DNA from: Fidelibacterota bacterium
GTDB taxonomy: Bacteria > Fidelibacterota > Marinisomatia > Marinisomatales > TCS55
Length of the DNA: 16,132 nucleotides
Assembly: GCA_027251445.1 (NCBI GenBank)
Contig: JAPNQO010000038.1
Coordinates: forward strand, 1 to 16,132
Direction: 5' to 3'
This document shows, piece after piece, positions 1-7,968 of the stretch (positions are counted from its first letter, which is position 1; the number at the start of each line of letters is the position of its first letter). A model generated the notes under the pieces. The model did no database searches and was not told the origin of the DNA. It worked only from the letters and a program-made list of their open reading frames with translations. Position numbers and translations under genes: made by a program.

Positions 1-3
1 TAC

Positions 4-555
4 ATGCAGTACTTAAGAAACATAATATTTTTGATTATAATATTTGTCTTTAATGCGGAATATGCAAATGCACAGGTTAATAGAGATGAAATAAGAGTTG
101 GTCAAGATAAAATATTAACAAATTCTTATGATGATATAATTGTAAATGCAAAAGATTATACTCTTCAAAATATTGATAAAGTTCAGAATATTGTTGAAAC
201 TTTAGATTACCCAACTGTATTCAATTTCAAGCAGTTATCACTTAATTCATACTATGATACAGATGAAGAAGAATACAGTGTAACAATTAACAGTCAACAA
301 GACGCTGAAAAGTTAAATGATATTCTTGAAGAGCACTATCAGATGATAATTAATGTTGAAGACTATCGGATTACTCGACAGTCTCTTCTCAATCGTTATG
401 GGTTTTTAAACGATAATACATTATTTAATCATCTAATAAGTAAAAATCTTAGTGATAAAGAAAGAAATATTGTAAAAAAATATAAAAATGGTTCTGTTTT
501 AAATTATAATGAACAACAATTACTAACAGAACTTTTAAACAACCATCCAAATTAA
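4..555 (+). CDS. Hypothetical secreted protein (183 aa)
   Basis: Open ORF with a Sec-type signal peptide (MQYLRNIIFLIIIFVFNAEYANA/QV, A-x-A cleavage site). No family recognised. The start lies at the window edge, so upstream context is not visible. Confidence 0.75.
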   Translation: MQYLRNIIFLIIIFVFNAEYANAQVNRDEIRVGQDKILTNSYDDIIVNAKDYTLQNIDKVQNIVETLDYPTVFNFKQLSLNSYYDTDEEEYSVTINSQQDAEKLNDILEEHYQMIINVEDYRITRQSLLNRYGFLNDNTLFNHLISKNLSDKERNIVKKYKNGSVLNYNEQQLLTELLNNHPN

Positions 556-645
556 TAATTGACCAATTTCTTTATTTTCTAACCATATAATCTCTGCTTA
601 TTATATGGAAAAGCAACTTATATAAATAGTAATTGATTCTTTCTG

Positions 646-1455
646 ATGAATAAGTTTCGTGAAAAAATAAAAGTAATCATCTTTGGTACTGATACCACGG
701 CTGGCAAAATATTCGATATAATATTAATTATTTCTATTGTGTTAAGTGTTGTTACTGTTTTATATGATAGTATAGAGTATTACTCTCAAACATATGGATA
801 TTTCTTTAACATTGCTGAATGGATATTTACTATTTTATTTACTTTGGAATATTTGCTTCGTATTTATTCCATTCGGAAACCATTGAGCTATATTTTTAGT
901 TTTTTTGGAATAATTGATCTTCTTGCAGTGATTCCAACATACATAAGTTATTTTTTCCCAGGAGCTCAAGTTTTTTCTGTGATACGAGTGTTAAGAGTAT
1001 TAAGAATTTTTCGAATTTTAAAACTTATCCAATTTATGGGTGAAGCAGATTTATTAAAGAAAGCAATGATCGCTAGTCGAAGAAAAATATTTGTCTTTTT
1101 ATTTTCGGTCGTAAATATTGTAATAATTTTAGGATCAATAATGTATTTAGTCGAAGGAGAGGATGCTGGTTTTGATAATATTCCAAGGAGTATCTATTGG
1201 GCTATTGTTACATTAACTACAGTTGGATACGGTGATATATCCCCAATTACAAATTTAGGGCAGTCTATTGCAGCTATAATTATGATTATGGGTTATGGGC
1301 TTATTGCAGTTCCTACAGGAATTGTAACATCAGAAATAACTTTTGCTACAAGAGTAAAAAGAGGACAAAAATGTGTAGTCTGTAATAGGGATAGAATTAG
1401 ACGAAATGCCAAGTTTTGTAGTGATTGCGGGTCCAAATTAGTAAAAAATAATTAA
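646..1455 (+). CDS. Voltage-gated potassium channel (ion transporter, 6 TM) with C-terminal zinc ribbon
   Basis: Selectivity filter TTVGYGD, S4-like sensor IRVLRVLRIFRILK, hydrophobic helices, and C-terminal CVVC...CSDC. Confidence 0.95.
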   Translation: MNKFREKIKVIIFGTDTTAGKIFDIILIISIVLSVVTVLYDSIEYYSQTYGYFFNIAEWIFTILFTLEYLLRIYSIRKPLSYIFSFFGIIDLLAVIPTYISYFFPGAQVFSVIRVLRVLRIFRILKLIQFMGEADLLKKAMIASRRKIFVFLFSVVNIVIILGSIMYLVEGEDAGFDNIPRSIYWAIVTLTTVGYGDISPITNLGQSIAAIIMIMGYGLIAVPTGIVTSEITFATRVKRGQKCVVCNRDRIRRNAKFCSDCGSKLVKNN

Positions 1456-1469
1456 ACTATTATTTAATT

Positions 1470-2774
1470 ATGCTACGTAATCTATTTCGTAGTTATTGGG
1501 ATCTTCCACGCATGATTCACATGTTAATTATGTTGGAATTCACTCTTAGTTTAATCCATGTTGCTTTCATTTTAGTTCTTAATATTTTTCTTAGAAAACA
1601 AGGATTTAGTGACCCTGAAATAGCATCTTTTAATTCACTTAGGTTTATTGGTGCTTTAATTTTTGCATTCCCTTTAGGTATTTATATAAGAGGAAAAAAG
1701 CTAAAACCATTCTTTCTTTTAGCTGCTATTGTAGTTCCTATAACAAGCGCTTTAATAATTGAATCAGTCCATAATGAGACTATACCATTAATCAAACTGT
1801 CTTTTTTATTGTGGGGTGTCGGAATGATGCTTATGAGGGTGTGCTCTCTTCCTTTTATTATTCGCAATACTACACGAGATAATAGTACTGAAGCATTATC
1901 ATTAAGTGCCTCTACTTGGTCCTTAGCAACTATATTTTCAGGTATTATTATTAGTGGTCTTGATTGGATAAATTATTATTCATTTGGAAGTTGGATTATA
2001 TATTTTAATGAACGGAATATTCTTTGGATAATTACAATTCTAGGAATTTCAGCAATTATTTTTGCACTTAGAATTACTGAAAAAGCACCTGATAATATTC
2101 AAAAAGATTCAACGGTATTTTCACTGTATAAACAATATGATTGGAAAGTGATTATTAAAGCCTTATCACCATTAATAATGATATCTATTGGTGCAGGTCT
2201 CACAATACCATTTGTAAATCTTTTTTTTAATTCTGTATTTCATTTATCAGCTAGTGAGTTTAGCATACTTGGTAGCATAACCGCTTTTCTTGTTTTCACA
2301 TTTTCATTATTAGTCCCTTCCATAAGAAAGAAATATGGTTATTGGTTTACAATAGTTATTGTTCAAGCTATATCAATTTGTTGTTTAATAGTAATGGCAT
2401 TAATGGAATTATATGTTAATTATTCCTTTGCCTTAATTATTGCACTCATAGCCTATATTTTTAGACAGCCGCTAATGCATATGGCTCATCCTGCATCAAA
2501 TGAATTATTAATGAATTATGTTGGAAAAAGAAATCAAGAACTTATTAGCGCCTTAAGCTCAAGCTTATGGAGTGCATCCTGGTTTGTAAGCGCAAAGGTT
2601 TTTGAATGGTTACGACTTTTAGACTTTCAATATTATCAAATATTTTTGATCACAGCTGGTTTATATATTATTGGAAATATTTTATTTGCACTATTAATTC
2701 GTGAATATGAAATAAATAAAAAAGTATCTTCAGCTAAATCTTTTCCATTAACAGATGAAATAACAATGGATTAA
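1470..2774 (+). CDS. Major facilitator superfamily transporter, substrate unknown
   Basis: 434 aa with about 12 hydrophobic segments in two halves separated by a hydrophilic loop (RITEKAPDNIQKD). GAGLTIPFVNLFF is typical of the MFS second half. Confidence 0.88.
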   Translation: MLRNLFRSYWDLPRMIHMLIMLEFTLSLIHVAFILVLNIFLRKQGFSDPEIASFNSLRFIGALIFAFPLGIYIRGKKLKPFFLLAAIVVPITSALIIESVHNETIPLIKLSFLLWGVGMMLMRVCSLPFIIRNTTRDNSTEALSLSASTWSLATIFSGIIISGLDWINYYSFGSWIIYFNERNILWIITILGISAIIFALRITEKAPDNIQKDSTVFSLYKQYDWKVIIKALSPLIMISIGAGLTIPFVNLFFNSVFHLSASEFSILGSITAFLVFTFSLLVPSIRKKYGYWFTIVIVQAISICCLIVMALMELYVNYSFALIIALIAYIFRQPLMHMAHPASNELLMNYVGKRNQELISALSSSLWSASWFVSAKVFEWLRLLDFQYYQIFLITAGLYIIGNILFALLIREYEINKKVSSAKSFPLTDEITMD

Positions 2775-2779
2775 TACTT

Positions 2780-3340
2780 ATGCGATTTATAATTATTCTA
2801 TTATCATTTTATTGCATGTTAATTGCTGAAAGTCCTCAATTAAACGACACTTTATTATTTAGGGGGTTTAAAAAAATTATATGTATAAATGCTCCTGAAG
2901 ACCCAGTAGCCTTACACTTATCTAGTAGGCAGATTGATGATATTAATTACGCAATTATGTTAGTTATGGATGAGCTTTTACCTGTTGAAATTAGCTATTC
3001 TTACTCAGGTAAATGTATTGATGAAGTATTTTACCCTGGAATTAATTATGCTTTACAGCTTGATTGGGAAGCATGGATTGTTGAGCCTGATATTATAGGC
3101 GAGAAACTTAGTGGATATTTACGAATTATAGTATATCGCATATCAAATTCACATTTTATAGAATATATGAATCCAAATTCGACATATGATGTTTGGCTAG
3201 GCGTCCCATTTGAAGAAATATTTTATGAAGATGGAGCTCTAGTGATAAATCATTCGTTTGATGAAATCAAAGAAAAGATGGTTGATATGTCTAGAGGAAT
3301 TTGTGAGCGTATAGCTCTTGATAGAATACAAAGTCCATAG
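2780..3340 (+). CDS. Hypothetical protein, probable signal peptide
   Basis: 186-aa ORF starting 5 nt after the MFS stop, with N-terminus MRFIIILLSFYCMLIA/ES. No family recognised. Confidence 0.7.
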   Translation: MRFIIILLSFYCMLIAESPQLNDTLLFRGFKKIICINAPEDPVALHLSSRQIDDINYAIMLVMDELLPVEISYSYSGKCIDEVFYPGINYALQLDWEAWIVEPDIIGEKLSGYLRIIVYRISNSHFIEYMNPNSTYDVWLGVPFEEIFYEDGALVINHSFDEIKEKMVDMSRGICERIALDRIQSP

Positions 3341-3345
3341 ATTAA

Positions 3346-4095
3346 TCATTTTATTATTTTATTAACTATTATATGCTCTATTAATTTGTCTTCGCCAATT
3401 TCAGAATTGAATTTAGATTTTAAATTATGTCCGAAAAAAACTGCAGTTATTTGCCAAAAACCTGCAATAAAAAAACCTCTAAAACTTTTTATAATTTGAT
3501 GTGAAGTATATTTGGTTTCTCTATCGACCAATCTAATTAAAATACGTCCTTGGCTTTTTGTAAGTCTTTTTACTCTATGACCATATTTACTTATTAATTT
3601 ATTTTCTATTATAGTAAATATTCTTTTTTTTTCTTTTCTTCGTTCAAAAAAAGATAATTCATTAATCTTTTCCATAACATCTGAATATTCAATAAGAAGT
3701 TCACCAACTAATAAAGCATATGGATAGACACGGAGAACATCACGTTCAAGTTTATTGTATCTTCTTTGTTCTTTTTTAGATTTGAAACTAATTACACTTA
3801 CTTCACTAATAGGTATATTAGTTTTTTTCAATAGAATTATATCAGCAAGATTAGTTTTTTTTTCTTTAATTATTTCATAACCAATATGAGATATTATTAT
3901 TTCATCATTTTCATTAAATATTTCAAAATTGCATATTCCATTAGAATCCGTAGTAACCCCATTTTGACCTGAATAAATATTTACTCCAATAAGAGCAAAA
4001 TCTGCATCCTTATCTTTAATTAATTTATATTGTGAGAACCCTGTAGCAGGGATGATAATTAAGAGTGTAAAGATTAATTTTAAATTTCTATTCAT
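3346..4095 (-). CDS. DUF4294-family protein with N-terminal carboxypeptidase-regulatory-like (Ig-like) domain
   Basis: Signal peptide, then LIGVNI...GVTTDSNG...ISHIGYE (CarbopepD_reg-like), then RRYNKLERDVLRVYPYA...LTKSQGRILIRLVDRET...FWQITAVFFGHNLK (DUF4294-like motifs). Confidence 0.82.
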   Translation of the reverse strand: MNRNLKLIFTLLIIIPATGFSQYKLIKDKDADFALIGVNIYSGQNGVTTDSNGICNFEIFNENDEIIISHIGYEIIKEKKTNLADIILLKKTNIPISEVSVISFKSKKEQRRYNKLERDVLRVYPYALLVGELLIEYSDVMEKINELSFFERRKEKKRIFTIIENKLISKYGHRVKRLTKSQGRILIRLVDRETKYTSHQIIKSFRGFFIAGFWQITAVFFGHNLKSKFNSEIGEDKLIEHIIVNKIIK

Positions 4096-4117
4096 TAAAA
4101 GTAATAGAATTGATTAA

Positions 4118-4771
4118 TTATCGCTTAAAAGTTCTTTTACATCCAACAACACCATCAAAAATTCTTTTCACCTCTAAAGAATCTTTTTCAAATGTATCTA
4201 ATACTTTTCTTGGTTTATGTATTTTGAAACATTTATTCTTGAAATCCATTTCTATTGGTACACATGGTATATCTAACTCTTTTGATATATAATAATACCC
4301 GCTCTTCAATGTTTCTACATGTTTTAATCCACCTTCAGGAGCTATGCATAATATAAAGCTATCTAGTTCTTTTAAAATTGTAGTTACAGAATCAATTAAA
4401 CCTCTTTTTTCTTCTCTAATGACAGGTATTCCTCCTAATCTCAATATTAAATATTTTTGAAACCAACCAAGTGGCCATGGTATTCCTTGCCTATCTAAGT
4501 TTTTAGAAAAATGTATGGGGCTAGGCAAACGCGTAAACATCCATTTTGCACCGAAAAACTTTACTTTTATGTCAAGTGAAAGAATTGCTAGTAAACCAAA
4601 CCATGCGTCTCTATATGCAGTGTGAGGAGCACCTATTAACACCATTTTATTAATATTTGGAACTTCACCAATAATTTTCCAGCGTTGTTTTTTTAACAAA
4701 GCCCTAGCAATCGGCCCAAGTATTTTTCGCCTTTTTTGAGGAATTTGATTATGGATATCTTTTAATTGCAT
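4118..4771 (-). CDS. PlsC-like 1-acyl-sn-glycerol-3-phosphate acyltransferase family protein
   Basis: HxxxxD motif (APHTAYRD), LGGIPV, APEG block and KSGYYYI...IPCVP. Confidence 0.88.
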   Translation of the reverse strand: MQLKDIHNQIPQKRRKILGPIARALLKKQRWKIIGEVPNINKMVLIGAPHTAYRDAWFGLLAILSLDIKVKFFGAKWMFTRLPSPIHFSKNLDRQGIPWPLGWFQKYLILRLGGIPVIREEKRGLIDSVTTILKELDSFILCIAPEGGLKHVETLKSGYYYISKELDIPCVPIEMDFKNKCFKIHKPRKVLDTFEKDSLEVKRIFDGVVGCKRTFKR

Positions 4772-4859
4772 GATAATATCAACTAATGAATTTATAAAAA
4801 GCTTAATGAATACATTTCATGTAATTTCTAATATTCAGGATCATCATAATACATTACTA

Positions 4860-6029
4860 ATGAATTTTCTACAATTATTCATATTGTTCTTATTCATCTC
4901 TTCTTGTGATGATAAAAAATCTTCAGATAATTGTGGAATTAATACGCAGTATACCTCTGTTTATAGCGAAGAGGTTAGTAGCGCAGGCTATGACATTATT
5001 CCTTTCGATGATTGTAGTTATATAATTTCTGGTAAAAAATCAGGAGATGCATGGCTTATAAATATTGATGAAGAGGGTAATGAGTTGTGGAGCCATGTGT
5101 ACGATGACTTGTCTGGCTTAAGTATTGGTAATGCTGTTAATCGTACTTCTGATGGAGGATTAATTATTGGTGGTGGAGAAAATATTATTAAGACTGATCC
5201 TTATGGAATCAAAGAATGGAGCTATAAGTTACCATACTCTAATAGACATTATGTTGAAGATATCATTCAGATATCAAATGGCGATTATATTGTAGTTGGC
5301 GGTGTTGGCGGTGATCCTGGCACTGGAGGTCATAATCAAAAAGGACAAGCCTATATATTACATTTGTCCAAAGAACGGGATATTCAGTGGGTGAAACGAT
5401 ATGGAATAAATAATTCGCCAATGGATAGTTTTTGGGGAGTAGAAGAATCTAGCGATGGAGGCTTTTTAGTGGTTGGTAATAAACTCCAAAATAGAAACTT
5501 TGAATTTTATGATCATTTCTGGATTGTTAAAGTGGATAATAATGGAAATATTGAATGGTCTCATGAATTAGGTGGAAATTATTGGGATGAAGCACAAGAT
5601 ATAATAAGATTATCAGATAATAGCTATATTGTCTATGGTAAAAAATCTCTATCGCAATCGAACCTTAATATGTGGATGATGCGTATTTCCTCTTCTGGCG
5701 ATATCCTATGGCAGACTAATCATGGGGGTAATAATAATGATACTGGGACTGCAGTTTCAATTTCAGAGGATGAAAATCTTATTGTAGCCACAGGATATTC
5801 TCGGACGAGTTCTGGGGCCCCATTTAAATTCAAGGCTTGGGGAGTTGATGCAACTAATGGTGATATTTTATGGAATAATAAATATGGGGGAGATCAGGAT
5901 GATAAAGCCTATGGTATTACTTATTCGTATGATAGGGGATTTATCATTGTAGGTTCTACCGATTCTTTCGATAATAATTTTACACAATTATATATTGTGA
6001 AAATTGATAATGAGGGTAATTCAGATTAA
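4860..6029 (+). CDS. Lipoprotein with tandem beta-propeller-type repeats
   Basis: Start re-called at ATG 4860 (MNFLQLFILFLFISS-CDD, lipobox-like) instead of 4770, which overlaps the divergent gene's start. About 7 repeats of the type SDGGxIVVG...W(L/I)xxxDxxGNxxW..xYG. Confidence 0.82.
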   Translation: MNFLQLFILFLFISSCDDKKSSDNCGINTQYTSVYSEEVSSAGYDIIPFDDCSYIISGKKSGDAWLINIDEEGNELWSHVYDDLSGLSIGNAVNRTSDGGLIIGGGENIIKTDPYGIKEWSYKLPYSNRHYVEDIIQISNGDYIVVGGVGGDPGTGGHNQKGQAYILHLSKERDIQWVKRYGINNSPMDSFWGVEESSDGGFLVVGNKLQNRNFEFYDHFWIVKVDNNGNIEWSHELGGNYWDEAQDIIRLSDNSYIVYGKKSLSQSNLNMWMMRISSSGDILWQTNHGGNNNDTGTAVSISEDENLIVATGYSRTSSGAPFKFKAWGVDATNGDILWNNKYGGDQDDKAYGITYSYDRGFIIVGSTDSFDNNFTQLYIVKIDNEGNSD

Positions 6030-6583
6030 TGAATGATAGTTTCATTATTTTAGTTAATAATAAAACTATTTTTAATTCTAAATGGCTTGATTCAGATAGC
6101 TCATCATATATCAAGGCTCAAGGTAAAATAATACGGAATATTGATCCTCCAGAATACTTTACAGAGACTATACCAAAAAACTTTTTTGTAGATGGATTTT
6201 CAGAAATGGGATTTGATAAAATCGTTTTGTGGTTACAAAAGATTTTTAAAAATGATATTGTGGCTCCGATAAGAATGAGCGAACTATTATACGATGTAAA
6301 ATTTAAAGTATTACAAGATTTATATAAAATGAAATGGTCTGATATTACTGAAAATTCTTTGCGGTGTATCATTCTAGATATTTGGGCAGAAGCCATACAA
6401 ATTTCAACAAAAGATTTAAATACTATTGTACTTAATGATTGGGATTATTTTATTAGTATTGATTTTTATAAAACATTTAAAAAAGAGTTTTTTAGTCCCT
6501 CAGGAATTGATAAATGGCATTTATTTAAAACTGTAAAAAATTGGCACCAAGAAAATAATCAACAGTTAGAATATTTAAAATAA
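6029..6583 (+). CDS. Hypothetical cytoplasmic protein (184 aa)
   Basis: ORF coupled to the upstream stop by a TAATG overlap at 6027-6031. No signal peptide or recognised motif. Confidence 0.7.
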   Translation: MNDSFIILVNNKTIFNSKWLDSDSSSYIKAQGKIIRNIDPPEYFTETIPKNFFVDGFSEMGFDKIVLWLQKIFKNDIVAPIRMSELLYDVKFKVLQDLYKMKWSDITENSLRCIILDIWAEAIQISTKDLNTIVLNDWDYFISIDFYKTFKKEFFSPSGIDKWHLFKTVKNWHQENNQQLEYLK

Positions 6584-6584
6584 T

Positions 6585-6589
6585 AGGAG
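6585..6589 (+). promoter_or_regulatory. Shine-Dalgarno site (AGGAG) for the 6596 ORF
   Basis: AGGAG ends 6 nt before ATG 6596. Confidence 0.7.
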
Positions 6590-6595
6590 ATAAAA

Positions 6596-6853
6596 ATGAA
6601 AGAATATATCATGGGTATGTTAACAGGCTCTATGTTAATGATTGCAGGGTTTCTATTTATGGGTCAAGCAGATATTAATCATGAAAATGATTTTGAATAT
6701 GTTGGAACCTATGGTAGCTCTAATGCGATGATGGTTTTAAATCGTAAAACTGGTGTAATGCTTACACGTTTTGTTTCAAATATGCCAAATGATAATAATA
6801 CTTTTCATGAAATAAACTGGTCGAACCAAAGTGAAAGATGGGTTTCTCAATAG
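6596..6853 (+). CDS. Small membrane-anchored or secreted hypothetical protein (85 aa)
   Basis: Strong SD site, N-terminal hydrophobic helix YIMGMLTGSMLMIAGFLFMG, then a short soluble segment (MMVLNRKTG). Confidence 0.78.
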   Translation: MKEYIMGMLTGSMLMIAGFLFMGQADINHENDFEYVGTYGSSNAMMVLNRKTGVMLTRFVSNMPNDNNTFHEINWSNQSERWVSQ

Positions 6854-6857
6854 ATTA

Positions 6858-7433
6858 ATGTATCATCAACTTATAATTTGTGTATTATCAATAACAATTA
6901 TGTTTGCTCAGAATGAAGTTGATATCCACAATTTACAAATTAAAGATGGTATGTATTATGAACCTTTGGGTATGAAACCATATACTGGAAGAATAATAGA
7001 TGTAAATAATCATGGGAATATTATTTTAGAAACAGATTGTGTTCGAGGGGAAATAAGTGGGTTATGGATTACATGGTATGATAATGGTAAAAAAGAATCT
7101 GAAGGTTACTATGAAAATGGGTATAAAAGTGGATTATGGAAAAGTTGGCATAATACAGGTGAACTATGGAAAGAAGGTTACTATGTTTTTGATAAAAAAG
7201 AAGGTACTTGGTTATATTGGTACTTAAATGGCAACAATCAAGAATTAAAGACATACCGTAATGGGAAGCTTGATGGGCCAATTAAACAATGGTATTCAAA
7301 TGGTCAGAAGAAAATAATTGGACACTATAAAGAATTAAGTAAATATGAAGTTTCTAGAAAATATGGTAAGTGGGTGTATTACCTTAATGAATCCGGTACT
7401 GCAAGAATATCAAAATACTATGGTAATAATTAA
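6858..7433 (+). CDS. MORN-variant repeat protein (YwqK-like antitoxin family), secreted
   Basis: Repeats WYDNGKKESEGYYENG, WHNTGELWKEGYYVFD, WYLNGNNQELKTYRNG and WYSNGQKKIIGHY, preceded by KPYTG. ATG 6858 gives a signal peptide (MYHQLIICVLSITIMFA/Q) and avoids overlap; the track start is 6831. Confidence 0.85.
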   Translation: MYHQLIICVLSITIMFAQNEVDIHNLQIKDGMYYEPLGMKPYTGRIIDVNNHGNIILETDCVRGEISGLWITWYDNGKKESEGYYENGYKSGLWKSWHNTGELWKEGYYVFDKKEGTWLYWYLNGNNQELKTYRNGKLDGPIKQWYSNGQKKIIGHYKELSKYEVSRKYGKWVYYLNESGTARISKYYGNN

Positions 7434-7956
7434 GCATATAAATATTTTGTTCATTAAAGCTATTATAATTTTACTGTTATTTTACTTACCATTATCTGCT
7501 AAAAATGGAAGTGATTATCAAACAAGATCTAATGAGGTTGCCTTTCTTAATTTTACTTTTGGTGATTATTATATTGATGTTAAAGAGAAAAGAAATCACT
7601 CTATTGATATGGGTGAGTTGACTTGGTACAGGTATCCAGGATTCAGTTATACAAAACCTACCTATTGGTATTTTATAAATGGTACCAATGAACCATTTTC
7701 TTTAAATATGGGCTATGTTAATAATCAGCTAAATGATATAAAATTAATTTCTTCAAATAATTACGAAAATATTGAAAATGTTAAAGATATTTATGTGCGT
7801 AAATATGGCGTTGAATTTATTAGAAAAGCGTCAGGATTAGGATACTCGTATACTTGGCTAATAAATAATATGAAAGTAACCATTGATAGAAAAAATGGAG
7901 GACGAGGTGATTGCATTATACATTATTCAGTTATTAATGATAATAATGCAATTTAA
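7420..7956 (+). CDS. Hypothetical secreted protein
   Basis: Probable start ATG 7420 (MVIIKHINILFIKAIIILLLFYLPLSA/K, signal-peptide-like). The track start 7345 would overlap the MORN gene by about 90 nt. Confidence 0.68.
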   Translation: MVIIKHINILFIKAIIILLLFYLPLSAKNGSDYQTRSNEVAFLNFTFGDYYIDVKEKRNHSIDMGELTWYRYPGFSYTKPTYWYFINGTNEPFSLNMGYVNNQLNDIKLISSNNYENIENVKDIYVRKYGVEFIRKASGLGYSYTWLINNMKVTIDRKNGGRGDCIIHYSVINDNNAI

Positions 7957-7968
7957 TTATTGAATGTT

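Noticed and set aside
1369..1431. Zinc ribbon on the K+ channel as a novelty
   Set aside because: A C-terminal CxxC...CxxC is common in this bacterial ion transporter group.
1682..1867. 61-aa minus-strand ORF
   Set aside because: Antisense shadow inside the MFS gene with no recognisable features.
4110..4292. 60-aa plus-strand ORF
   Set aside because: Antisense to the acyltransferase.
4770..4859. 30-codon N-terminal extension of the lipoprotein given by the ORF track
   Set aside because: It overlaps the start codon of the divergent acyltransferase, leaves no promoter space, and buries the lipoprotein signal that begins at ATG 4860.
6118..7281. Minus-strand ORFs 6118-6396 and 7069-7281
   Set aside because: Shadows of better-supported plus-strand genes.
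6858..7433. Toxin-antitoxin module implied by the YwqK label
   Set aside because: No recognisable toxin domain is adjacent, and MORN-variant repeats are generic.
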